Shown here: positions 38,876-46,970 of the stretch, piece by piece
Layout of the letters: each line of letters begins with the position of its first letter
Numbering within the stretch: position 1 is the first letter of the stretch
DNA from: Candidatus Blautia avicola
GTDB lineage: Bacteria; Bacillota; Clostridia; Lachnospirales; Lachnospiraceae
Length of the DNA stretch: 51,717 nucleotides
Direction of reading: 5' to 3'
Assembly (NCBI GenBank): GCA_019120515.1
Contig: DWUY01000107.1
Coordinates: forward strand, 1 to 51,717
Translations under genes and position numbers: made by a program
Notes under the pieces: generated by a model
Database searches by the model: none
Seen by the model: only the letters and a program-made list of their open reading frames with translations
What the model was told of the DNA's origin: nothing

Positions 38876-39061
38876 TTTTCATTGGTTCTCCTTTTCCTAT
38901 TGATTTTAATACGGATTGTGAGAAAAGAAAAGAGAAAATACTTGCTTACTATAAAATGCCTATGCTATACTGATTTTATAAAGAACGAGGAATGTGAGGG
39001 CTGTTGTGTAAGACCGGAGGTTTTATGCGGCAGTCCCTTTTCTGGTAACAGGAGAAATGAT

Positions 39062-39895
39062 ATGTTAAAGATCAGAGAATACGTTAAAGTAAAGGATTTG
39101 GAGGAAGCCTACCAGCTGAATCAGAAGCGCTCTGCCTGCGTCCTGGGAGGAATGGTCTGGCTGAAGATGGGAAACCGGAATGTGGGAACCGCCATAGACC
39201 TGTCCGGGCTGGGACTGGATACTATTGAAGAAGATGAGGAAGGTTTTCGCATTGGGGCTATGGTAAGTTTGAGGGATCTGGAGACCCATAAGGGACTGGA
39301 AGCCTATACAGGAGGCGCAGTAAAAGAGAGTCTCCGGCATATCGTAGGGGTACAGTTCCGCAACTGTGCCACAGCAGGGGGCAGTATTTTCGGAAGATTC
39401 GGTTTTTCCGATGTTCTTACAATGTTTCTTGCCATGGATTCTTATGTGGAACTATATAAGGGCGGCATCCTTCCAATGGAAGAATTTGTCCAGATGAAAC
39501 GGGATCGGGATATCCTGGTACGGATCCTGGTGAAGAAAAGGCCGGCGGCTATGTCCTATATAAGCCAGAGAAACAGCAGTACGGACTTCCCTGTCCTGGC
39601 CTGCGGAGTTTCTCTTTTTGAAGACGGAGAGACAAGAGCAACCCTGGGAGCCTGTCCTTATAAGGCGGTTCTTGTAAAAGACGAAGAAGGGATCCTGAGG
39701 GATTTCCTGAAGAAAGATTCCGAAGAGCAGGAGAAGGCAGCAGAAGCTTTTGCCGCTTACGCAAGGGAACATGTCCGCACAGGGAGCAATATGAGAGGAT
39801 CGGCTCAGTACAGGAGCCATCTGGTCCAGGTATTGGTCAAAAGAGCACTGATCCAGGCAGGAGGTAAAGAACATGGAAATAAAATTTTGGCTTAA
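39062..39895 (+). CDS. Xanthine dehydrogenase family FAD-binding subunit
   Basis: VLGGMVW, IDLS, IGAMVSL, VQFRNCATAGGSI...SD; ATG at 39062 after AGGAG. Confidence 0.9.
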   Translation: MLKIREYVKVKDLEEAYQLNQKRSACVLGGMVWLKMGNRNVGTAIDLSGLGLDTIEEDEEGFRIGAMVSLRDLETHKGLEAYTGGAVKESLRHIVGVQFRNCATAGGSIFGRFGFSDVLTMFLAMDSYVELYKGGILPMEEFVQMKRDRDILVRILVKKRPAAMSYISQRNSSTDFPVLACGVSLFEDGETRATLGACPYKAVLVKDEEGILRDFLKKDSEEQEKAAEAFAAYAREHVRTGSNMRGSAQYRSHLVQVLVKRALIQAGGKEHGNKILA

Positions 39896-40349
39896 CGGAA
39901 GAAAGATCCAGACACAGATCCAGGCAGACACCCTTCTCCTGGACCTGTTGAGAGAAAAGGAATGTTACAGTGTAAAGAGAGGCTGCGAGACGGCCAACTG
40001 CGGTCTGTGCACAGTTCTGGTTGAGGATAAGCCTGTATTATCCTGCAGTATGCTGGCTGCCAGAGTGGAAGAAAAACACGTGGTCACTTTAGAGGGACTT
40101 CAGGAAAAGGCAGAGGAACTGGGAGGATTTCTGGCAAGAGAGGGAGCAGAGCAGTGCGGTTTCTGTAATCCGGGATTTATGATGAACATTTTTGCCATGG
40201 AAAAAGAACTCGACGATCCTACGGAAGAAGAGATCAATGAATATCTGGCAGGGAATCTCTGCCGCTGTTCAGGTTTTATGGGACAGACCAGGAGTATCTT
40301 AAAGTACCTGGCATATAAGAAAAAACAAAGAGAGGGGGAAGGACAATGA
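39873..40349 (+). CDS. Xanthine dehydrogenase family 2Fe-2S subunit
   Basis: GCETANCGLCTV, QCGFCNPG, NLCRC. Confidence 0.92.
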   Translation: MEIKFWLNGRKIQTQIQADTLLLDLLREKECYSVKRGCETANCGLCTVLVEDKPVLSCSMLAARVEEKHVVTLEGLQEKAEELGGFLAREGAEQCGFCNPGFMMNIFAMEKELDDPTEEEINEYLAGNLCRCSGFMGQTRSILKYLAYKKKQREGEGQ

Positions 40350-42640
40350 GATATGTGAATCAGCCTATAGTGAAAAAAGACGCAATGGCTCTGGTGACCG
40401 GAAAGCCGGTTTATACAGATGATATTGCTCCGAAAGACTGTTTGATCGTGAAGGTGCTGAGAAGTCCTTATGCCCATGCTCTTATCGAAGAGATCCAAAC
40501 AGACGCGGCTATGAAAGTGCCGGGGATCGCCTGTATCCTTACATATAAAGATGTTCCCCAGCAGCGTTTTACCCTGGCGGGACAGACTTATCCGGAGTTC
40601 AGCCCTTATGACAGACTGATCCTGGATCAGAGAGTCCGGTTCGTAGGAGACGGAGCGGCTATTGTGGCAGGAGAGACAGAGGCGGCAGTGGATAAGGCAT
40701 TGAAACTCATCAAAGTAAAATACAAAGTCCTTCCTGCAGTGCTGGATTTCCATAAAGCCAAGGATAATGAGATCCTGATCCATCCGGAGGATAACTGGGA
40801 AGCTAAGATGCCTGTGGGAGCGGATAACAAGAGAAATCTCTGTGCCCAGAAGGAAGAGAGTCTGGGGGATGTAGACGCTCTGTTGAAAGAGTGTAAATAT
40901 GTGGTGGACAGGACTTATCACACCAAGGCAAATCAGCAGACTATGATGGAGACCTTCCGGGCCTACACTTATCTGGATCATTTCGGAAGACTGAACGTAG
41001 TAGCTTCTACCCAGGTTCCCTTCCATGTGCGGAGGATCCTGGGCCGGGCTCTGGGTATCGGGGCTTCGAAAGTCCGGGTGATCAAACCCAGGATCGGAGG
41101 AGGATTCGGCGCAAAACAGACAGCAGTTTGCGAGATGTATCCGGCCATTGTGACTATGAAGACCGGAAAGCCGGCAAAGATCGTCTATTCCCGGTATGAG
41201 TCTCAGATCTGTTCCTCTCCCCGTCATGAGATGGAGGTAAGGGTACGGCTGGGAGCGGATGAGAAGGGAACTTTGAAAGCTATTGATATCCATACACTGT
41301 CCAATACAGGGGCTTATGGAGAACATGGACCTACCACAGTAGGACTTTCCGGACACAAGCCGCTGGGCCTTTACCGGAATACAGAGGCTTACCGGTTCAG
41401 CTATGAGGTAGTATATACCAACCAGATGTCTGCCGGAGCTTACCGGGGATATGGAGCCACCCAGGGGATTTTTGCACTGGAGTCTGCGGTAGACGAGCTG
41501 GCCCATAAGATGAAAATGGATCCGGTGGTATTCCGGGAGATGAACCTGTCAAAGGAAGGCTGCCGGTTTATCGGTTACGATGGAAGTCCCTGGGTGACCA
41601 GCTGTACTCTGGACAAGTGTCTTGCAAGGGCGAAAGAGATGATCGGATGGGATGAAAAATATCCCTGCCGTGATATGGGCAATGGAAAGGTCCGGGCAGT
41701 GGGAGCCGCTATTGCCATGCAGGGCTCTTCTATTGCCAAGGTAGACGTGGGAGGAGCTTCCATTAAATTAGGAGAGGACGGTTCCTATACACTGGGCCTG
41801 GGCGCCACGGATATGGGTACCGGCTGTGACACCATCCTGTCCCAGATGGCGGCAGATGTGCTGGAAACAGACTTTGATAACATTGTGGTATTTGGCGTAG
41901 ACACAGATATCTCTCCATATGACTCAGGTTCTTATGCTTCTGCTACTACCTATGTAACAGGAATGGCGGTAGCAGACGCCTGCGAACAGCTGCGGGAAAA
42001 GATCAAAGAACTGGGAGCTTCCATGCTGGATACGGAGCCGGACCAGGTAGAATTTGACGGAAAACGTGTGTATAAATTAAATGGTGAGGGAGAGGTGTCT
42101 CTGGAGGCGGTAGCGGTAAAGGGAACCAGCGGAAATAATACCAGTCTCCAGGCGGGCGCAACCCGTTCCTCCCAGATCTCTCCGCCGCCTTTTATGGCCG
42201 GTATCGTGGAACTCGAGATCGACAAGGAGACAGGCGCTTTGGAGATCCTGGACTATGCGGCAGTGGTAGACTGCGGCACGCCTGTGAACCCTAATCTGGC
42301 AAGAGTCCAGACAGAAGGAGGACTGGCCCAGGGCATCGGCATGGCTCTTTATGAGGATATCCAGTACAATGACCGGGGACAGATGCGGAATAATTCTTTT
42401 ATGCAGTATAAGATCCCTGCCCGTACAGATCTGAAAAATATCCGGGTAGAGTTTATTCCAAGCTATGAAAAGAGCCATCCCTTCGGCGCTAAGTCCATTG
42501 GAGAGATGGTGATCAATACCCCTTGCCCGGCTATTGCAAACGCCGTATACAACGCAGTAGGAGTCCGTATCCGGGAAATGCCTATTACGCCGGAAAAGAT
42601 CGCCATGGCATTGGCGGATGAAAATAAGACAGAAGATTAG
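40346..42640 (+). CDS. Xanthine dehydrogenase family molybdopterin-binding subunit
   Basis: LRSPYAHA, IGGGFGAKQ, AYRGYG, QTEGG, GAKSIGE (catalytic Glu). Confidence 0.92.
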   Translation: MRYVNQPIVKKDAMALVTGKPVYTDDIAPKDCLIVKVLRSPYAHALIEEIQTDAAMKVPGIACILTYKDVPQQRFTLAGQTYPEFSPYDRLILDQRVRFVGDGAAIVAGETEAAVDKALKLIKVKYKVLPAVLDFHKAKDNEILIHPEDNWEAKMPVGADNKRNLCAQKEESLGDVDALLKECKYVVDRTYHTKANQQTMMETFRAYTYLDHFGRLNVVASTQVPFHVRRILGRALGIGASKVRVIKPRIGGGFGAKQTAVCEMYPAIVTMKTGKPAKIVYSRYESQICSSPRHEMEVRVRLGADEKGTLKAIDIHTLSNTGAYGEHGPTTVGLSGHKPLGLYRNTEAYRFSYEVVYTNQMSAGAYRGYGATQGIFALESAVDELAHKMKMDPVVFREMNLSKEGCRFIGYDGSPWVTSCTLDKCLARAKEMIGWDEKYPCRDMGNGKVRAVGAAIAMQGSSIAKVDVGGASIKLGEDGSYTLGLGATDMGTGCDTILSQMAADVLETDFDNIVVFGVDTDISPYDSGSYASATTYVTGMAVADACEQLREKIKELGASMLDTEPDQVEFDGKRVYKLNGEGEVSLEAVAVKGTSGNNTSLQAGATRSSQISPPPFMAGIVELEIDKETGALEILDYAAVVDCGTPVNPNLARVQTEGGLAQGIGMALYEDIQYNDRGQMRNNSFMQYKIPARTDLKNIRVEFIPSYEKSHPFGAKSIGEMVINTPCPAIANAVYNAVGVRIREMPITPEKIAMALADENKTED

Positions 42641-42653
42641 GAAGAGAAGAAAC

Positions 42654-43922
42654 ATGAGCCAAGAGACAGCAAAAGAACTGATGGAATTTATTGAGAAAAG
42701 CCCTACCAGCTTTCATGCCGTAAAGACTATGGGAGATATGCTGGACAGGGAAGGCTACATAAAACTGGAAGAAAAAGACAGGTGGCATCTGGACCTGGGA
42801 GGAAAATATTATACTACCCGGAACGGATCCGCCCTGATCGCTTTTTCCATTCCAAGGGGAGAACTGACAGGATTCCGGATCATTGCCAGCCACAGCGATT
42901 CCCCAAGTTTTAAGATCAAGGAAAATCCGGAGATCCTGGTGGAAAACCAGTATGTGAAACTGAATACAGAGGGATACGGAGGAATGCTCTGCGCTCCCTG
43001 GATGGACCGTCCTCTTTCTGTGGCTGGACGGATCGCTGTAAAAGAGGAAGGGAAGATCGTCACCAGACTTGTGGATATAGACCGGGATCTGGTGATGATC
43101 CCCAACCTGGCTATCCATATGAACCGGGAAGCCAATAACGGGTATAAATATAATCCCCAGAAGGATCTTCTTCCTCTGTTTGGAGAAGCTTCCGCAAAGG
43201 GAAAGTTCCAGAAGATCCTGGCAGAAGCTGCGGGGGTAAAAGAAGAAGAGATCCTGGGCCATGATCTTTTTTTGTATAACCGTCAGAAAGGAACTATCTG
43301 GGGCGCAGAGGAAGAATTTATTTCTATTGGAAGGCTGGATGATCTTCAGTGTGCCTTTGCTTCTTTGAAAGGTTTTCTGGCAGGCCCTAAGGAAAAATAC
43401 GGGGCGATCCATTGTGTGATGGATAATGAAGAAGTGGGAAGCGGAACAAAGCAGGGCGCTGCGTCAACCTTCCTTTATGATGTGCTCCTCCGGATACAGA
43501 AAGGTCTGGGAGGAGATTATGAGGATCATCTCCGGTGTGTGGCAGACAGTTTTATGATCTCGGCAGACAATGCCCATGCGGTCCATCCGAACTATACGGA
43601 GAAGGCTGATCCGGTGAACCGGCCTTTTCTCAATAAGGGAATCGTCATCAAACACAGCGCGAATCAGAAATACTGTACCGATGGCTATTCCGCTGCTGTG
43701 TTTAAGGATATCTGCCGCCGGGCAGGAGTTCCTTTTCAGACTTTTACCAACCGGTCCGATATGCCGGGGGGATCTACGCTGGGCAACATTTCCATGGCCC
43801 AGGTGTCTGTGAATGCAGTGGATATCGGCCTTCCACAACTGGCTATGCACTCTCCTTACGAGACAGCAGGAATCGAAGATACCGATTATTTTATAAAGGC
43901 AGCCACTGTATTTTTTGAATAG
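42654..43922 (+). CDS. M18 family aminopeptidase
   Basis: SHSDSP, RLDDL, DNEEVGS, SADNAHAVHPNY, LAMHS; ATG at 42654. Confidence 0.93.
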   Translation: MSQETAKELMEFIEKSPTSFHAVKTMGDMLDREGYIKLEEKDRWHLDLGGKYYTTRNGSALIAFSIPRGELTGFRIIASHSDSPSFKIKENPEILVENQYVKLNTEGYGGMLCAPWMDRPLSVAGRIAVKEEGKIVTRLVDIDRDLVMIPNLAIHMNREANNGYKYNPQKDLLPLFGEASAKGKFQKILAEAAGVKEEEILGHDLFLYNRQKGTIWGAEEEFISIGRLDDLQCAFASLKGFLAGPKEKYGAIHCVMDNEEVGSGTKQGAASTFLYDVLLRIQKGLGGDYEDHLRCVADSFMISADNAHAVHPNYTEKADPVNRPFLNKGIVIKHSANQKYCTDGYSAAVFKDICRRAGVPFQTFTNRSDMPGGSTLGNISMAQVSVNAVDIGLPQLAMHSPYETAGIEDTDYFIKAATVFFE

Positions 43923-43933
43923 AATAAAATGAT

Positions 43934-44050
43934 GTTGGGGGCAAAAGCACCCAACTATGATACCTACGGATTGCTACGTGCTACGCACTCATACAATCCG
44001 CCCCGATATTTGCATATCGTGGGATTAGACCTTTTGACCATGGTATCATA
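43934..44050. repeat. Multi-hairpin intergenic element between convergent genes
   Basis: TATGATACC (43956-43964) and GGTATCATA (44042-44050) enclose CGGATTG/CAATCCG and CCCGATAT/ATATCGTGGG hairpins. Confidence 0.6.
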
Positions 44051-44055
44051 AAATT

Positions 44056-45294
44056 TCAGGTGCACTTTCTTCCGTGATAGGGAAGAAGGTGCATTTTTTC
44101 GCCTTTGACGTGGAAACCAAATCCCAGGTTGGCGCCGGAGTCTGTAGTACAGCCGCTGTCTTCTTCTTCCAGGAGCTCATAGCCGGCTTCTTTCAGGGAA
44201 GTATGGAAATACTCCAGGTTAAAATTTTTATAGTAGGATTCCGGATACTGGCTAAGAAGCTGTTTCATGGATCTGGGGGCATGATCAAAGTAAAAGTAAG
44301 TGCCAATAAGGTCTGCCTTCGGCGCAAGATAAGGAAACAACTCTTTATATAAGAAGGTATCGTGATAAAAGTTATGTTCATTTGCCGCAAAGAAATCCAG
44401 ATGCAGGTCGATACAGCCAGGCTTCAGAGGAAAGCAGGTACTGCTGTCTGCCAGATACAGGATATCCAGATCCGGCGCCTGTTTCTCAATGAGCCTTTTA
44501 TACATAAGAAGGGTCTCCGGATATTTGTCAATGATGACATAACGGCTGTTTCCAGGCAGGTATTCCAGATGATTGTGGATGAAAAACCAGGCATTTATAT
44601 AAGTTTCACAGATAACTTTGTTCTGGAGACCAACTTCTTTCATGTTTTTCAGCATATGGTTGTAGGAACCCTGGAACAGGCTGATCAGATCCGGGGGAAG
44701 ATCTTTATATAATTCCCGGGTCAGATCCGGAGCGTCCTGAAGGTTGTGGTTTTTATTGGGGGTCATCAGGATACCGTGACGGATTTCTGTCTGATAACCG
44801 CAGGAACAGGACAGGATCCCTTCAGATATATACCGATGGTTCATTTCTACTTCCGTCATGGATAGATCCCCGCCGCAGCAGGGGCAGCACAGCAGAGAAA
44901 GCATGGAAAGAGGAACGCCGGTTCTGGCAGCAGGGGCAGATACGGGAATTTCCAGTTCCTGTATCTTTTTTTCCAGCCTGTCAGCAACCTCTTTCTTGTG
45001 CGCCATTTCCTGGAGACAGAGATGCCGTTTGTTTTTGTACATTTCCCTTAATTCCATGAGATCCTGAGGATCTGCAAAGCCGGAAACTCTTTTTAGGGAC
45101 AGAAGGATATGGATCTCCCGGAGAGTAAAATCCAGATCCTTTAGTTCCAGGATCCACTCCAGATCTTTGCAGGTAGCTTCGTCAAAGACGTACTGTCCCC
45201 TGGGTCTGGGAGGGACCAGGAGACCGTAATGGATATAATAGTAGAGATTGTCAATGGATATATGATAAAGTTCGGATACTTTTCCTATACGCAT
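44056..45294 (-). CDS. MerR family regulator fused to a zinc-ribbon and methyltransferase-like domain
   Basis: MRIGKVSELYHISIDNLYYYIHYGLLVP HTH; LKDLDFTLREI; CCPCC...CSC; IIDKYPE and PLKPGCIDL resemble class I methyltransferase strands. Confidence 0.8.
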   Translation of the reverse strand: MRIGKVSELYHISIDNLYYYIHYGLLVPPRPRGQYVFDEATCKDLEWILELKDLDFTLREIHILLSLKRVSGFADPQDLMELREMYKNKRHLCLQEMAHKKEVADRLEKKIQELEIPVSAPAARTGVPLSMLSLLCCPCCGGDLSMTEVEMNHRYISEGILSCSCGYQTEIRHGILMTPNKNHNLQDAPDLTRELYKDLPPDLISLFQGSYNHMLKNMKEVGLQNKVICETYINAWFFIHNHLEYLPGNSRYVIIDKYPETLLMYKRLIEKQAPDLDILYLADSSTCFPLKPGCIDLHLDFFAANEHNFYHDTFLYKELFPYLAPKADLIGTYFYFDHAPRSMKQLLSQYPESYYKNFNLEYFHTSLKEAGYELLEEEDSGCTTDSGANLGFGFHVKGEKMHLLPYHGRKCT

Positions 45295-45438
45295 GGGTGC
45301 TTCAGAAACCTTTCTTAAATTTTGGTATATGAACTGCAAGGCGGTTAAACCGGGAATTCCCCTTTTAATCTTTGTTTTATGGTAGCATAAACACGGAGTA
45401 TACTCAAGGTTTGAAGAAAAAAAAGAGAAAAAACAAGA

Positions 45439-45469
45439 TTGACATGGACCCGGCTCGATATTTTATAAT
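45439..45469 (+). promoter_or_regulatory. MerR-type promoter with a 19-bp spacer and dyad
   Basis: TTGACA (45439-45444), 19 bp, TATAAT (45464-45469); imperfect palindrome ATGGACCCGGCTCGAT at 45444-45459. Confidence 0.75.
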
Positions 45470-45582
45470 ATGGATTATGATGTCAGAGCCGGAAATCATG
45501 GCTCCTGCAGTTCCACAGATCTGCAGCCGGACATCCAGGATAAAACATGGAGGCATTATACTCAGGGAGGTTTAGATAAGTT

Positions 45583-46848
45583 ATGAAGATTTTAAAAGAA
45601 GCCTGTGTACGGACAGAAGAAGATAAAAAGAAGCTTACGCAGACGGTAGGCGATATGATAGATGATGTGAGGAAGAGAAAAGATGAAGCGCTAAGAGAAT
45701 ATAGCCGGAGGTTTGACGGCAGTACAAGATCTGTATTCCTGGTTTCAAAAGAAGAGATCCAGGAAGCTTATACCCAGCTTACAGAACAGGAGATCCAGGA
45801 TCTGAAGAAAGCGGCGGAACATATCCGGGCTTTTGCCAGGGCGCAGAGAGAAACCATAAAGCCCCTGGAAAATTTCAGCCCTGCGCCGGGGATCTTTCTG
45901 GGACACAGGATCATTCCGGTAAAGTCCTGCTGCTGCTATGTACCGGGAGGAAATTATCCTCTTTATTCTACCGCTCTTATGCTGGTGATCCCGGCCAAGG
46001 CCGCAGGAGTAGAACGGGTAGCGGCCTGTTCTCCGGTTATGAAAGGAACGGACCGGATCAATCCCAAAACCCTGGCGGCCATGGATATTGCAGGAGCAGA
46101 TGAGATCTATGCCGTAGGGGGCGCCCAGGCTATTGCGGCATTTTCTTATGGAACAGAAGAAATCAGGCCGGTAGATATGATCGTAGGTCCTGGCAATCAG
46201 TATGTGACAGAGGCAAAGAGACAGTGCTACGGACAGGTAGGAATCGATTTTGTGGCCGGTCCCAGCGAAGTGCTGGTCATTGCAGACGGCAGCGGCACAC
46301 CGGAAATCGTGGCCGCGGATCTTCTGGCGCAGTCAGAACATGATCCTAATGCAAAAGGTATGCTGATCACTACAGATGAAAAATTCGGACAGGCGGTTAT
46401 CCAGGCGGTTGAAAAAGAACTGGGCTGGCTGCCTACAGCATCCATTGCCCGGAAATCCTGGGAGACCTATGGAGAAGTGGTGCTGGCAGACAGTATGGAA
46501 GAGGCGGTACAGACTGCTAATGATTATGCGCCGGAACATCTTGAACTGAACGTACAGGAACCGGATGCAATAAAAGAACAGCTTTATAATTACGGGTCTT
46601 TATTTATCGGGGAAAATACGGCGGAAGTTTTCGGAGATTACGCTTCCGGTACCAACCATACGCTTCCCACGCTGAGAGCTGCCAGATATACCGGCGGCGT
46701 GTGGGTAGGGACTTTCCTGAAAACCTGTACCCATCAGAGTATGACGCCTGAAGCAATGAAAGAACTGGCGCCTCTGGTAGAAAGAATGGCTCAGGGGGAG
46801 GGCTTAATGGGACACGCCCAGGCGGCAAAGGTGAGAAGAGAAAAATAA
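45583..46848 (+). CDS. Histidinol dehydrogenase family protein (stand-alone paralogue)
   Basis: YVPGG, GGAQAIAA, GPGNQYV, AGPSEV, QSEHD, PEHLEL, GDYASGTNHTLPT; no other his genes in the window. Confidence 0.88.
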   Translation: MKILKEACVRTEEDKKKLTQTVGDMIDDVRKRKDEALREYSRRFDGSTRSVFLVSKEEIQEAYTQLTEQEIQDLKKAAEHIRAFARAQRETIKPLENFSPAPGIFLGHRIIPVKSCCCYVPGGNYPLYSTALMLVIPAKAAGVERVAACSPVMKGTDRINPKTLAAMDIAGADEIYAVGGAQAIAAFSYGTEEIRPVDMIVGPGNQYVTEAKRQCYGQVGIDFVAGPSEVLVIADGSGTPEIVAADLLAQSEHDPNAKGMLITTDEKFGQAVIQAVEKELGWLPTASIARKSWETYGEVVLADSMEEAVQTANDYAPEHLELNVQEPDAIKEQLYNYGSLFIGENTAEVFGDYASGTNHTLPTLRAARYTGGVWVGTFLKTCTHQSMTPEAMKELAPLVERMAQGEGLMGHAQAAKVRREK

Positions 46849-46851
46849 ACC

Positions 46852-46917
46852 TTGAAAAACCTGGTAGAATGTGCTAATATATGATAAAAGTGTAATAAAT
46901 ATTACAAAAGTATTACA
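46852..46917 (+). promoter_or_regulatory. sigmaA promoter plus ATTACA-N5-ATTACA (WalR-like) box
   Basis: TTGAAA, 17 bp, TAATAT with an extended TG; ATTACA at 46901 and 46912; TGTAAT at 46891. Confidence 0.6.
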
Positions 46918-46970
46918 GAACTTTGCTAAAACTTGTTAACAGATTTTACTAGGGAGAGGTATTTAGGACT

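Noticed and set aside
38870-39061. 64-aa N-terminal extension of the FAD subunit
   Set aside because: It covers the divergent promoter region; the family-like sequence starts at ATG 39062.
40100-41506. 468-aa antisense ORF
   Set aside because: Opposite the conserved molybdoenzyme subunits, with no domain features.
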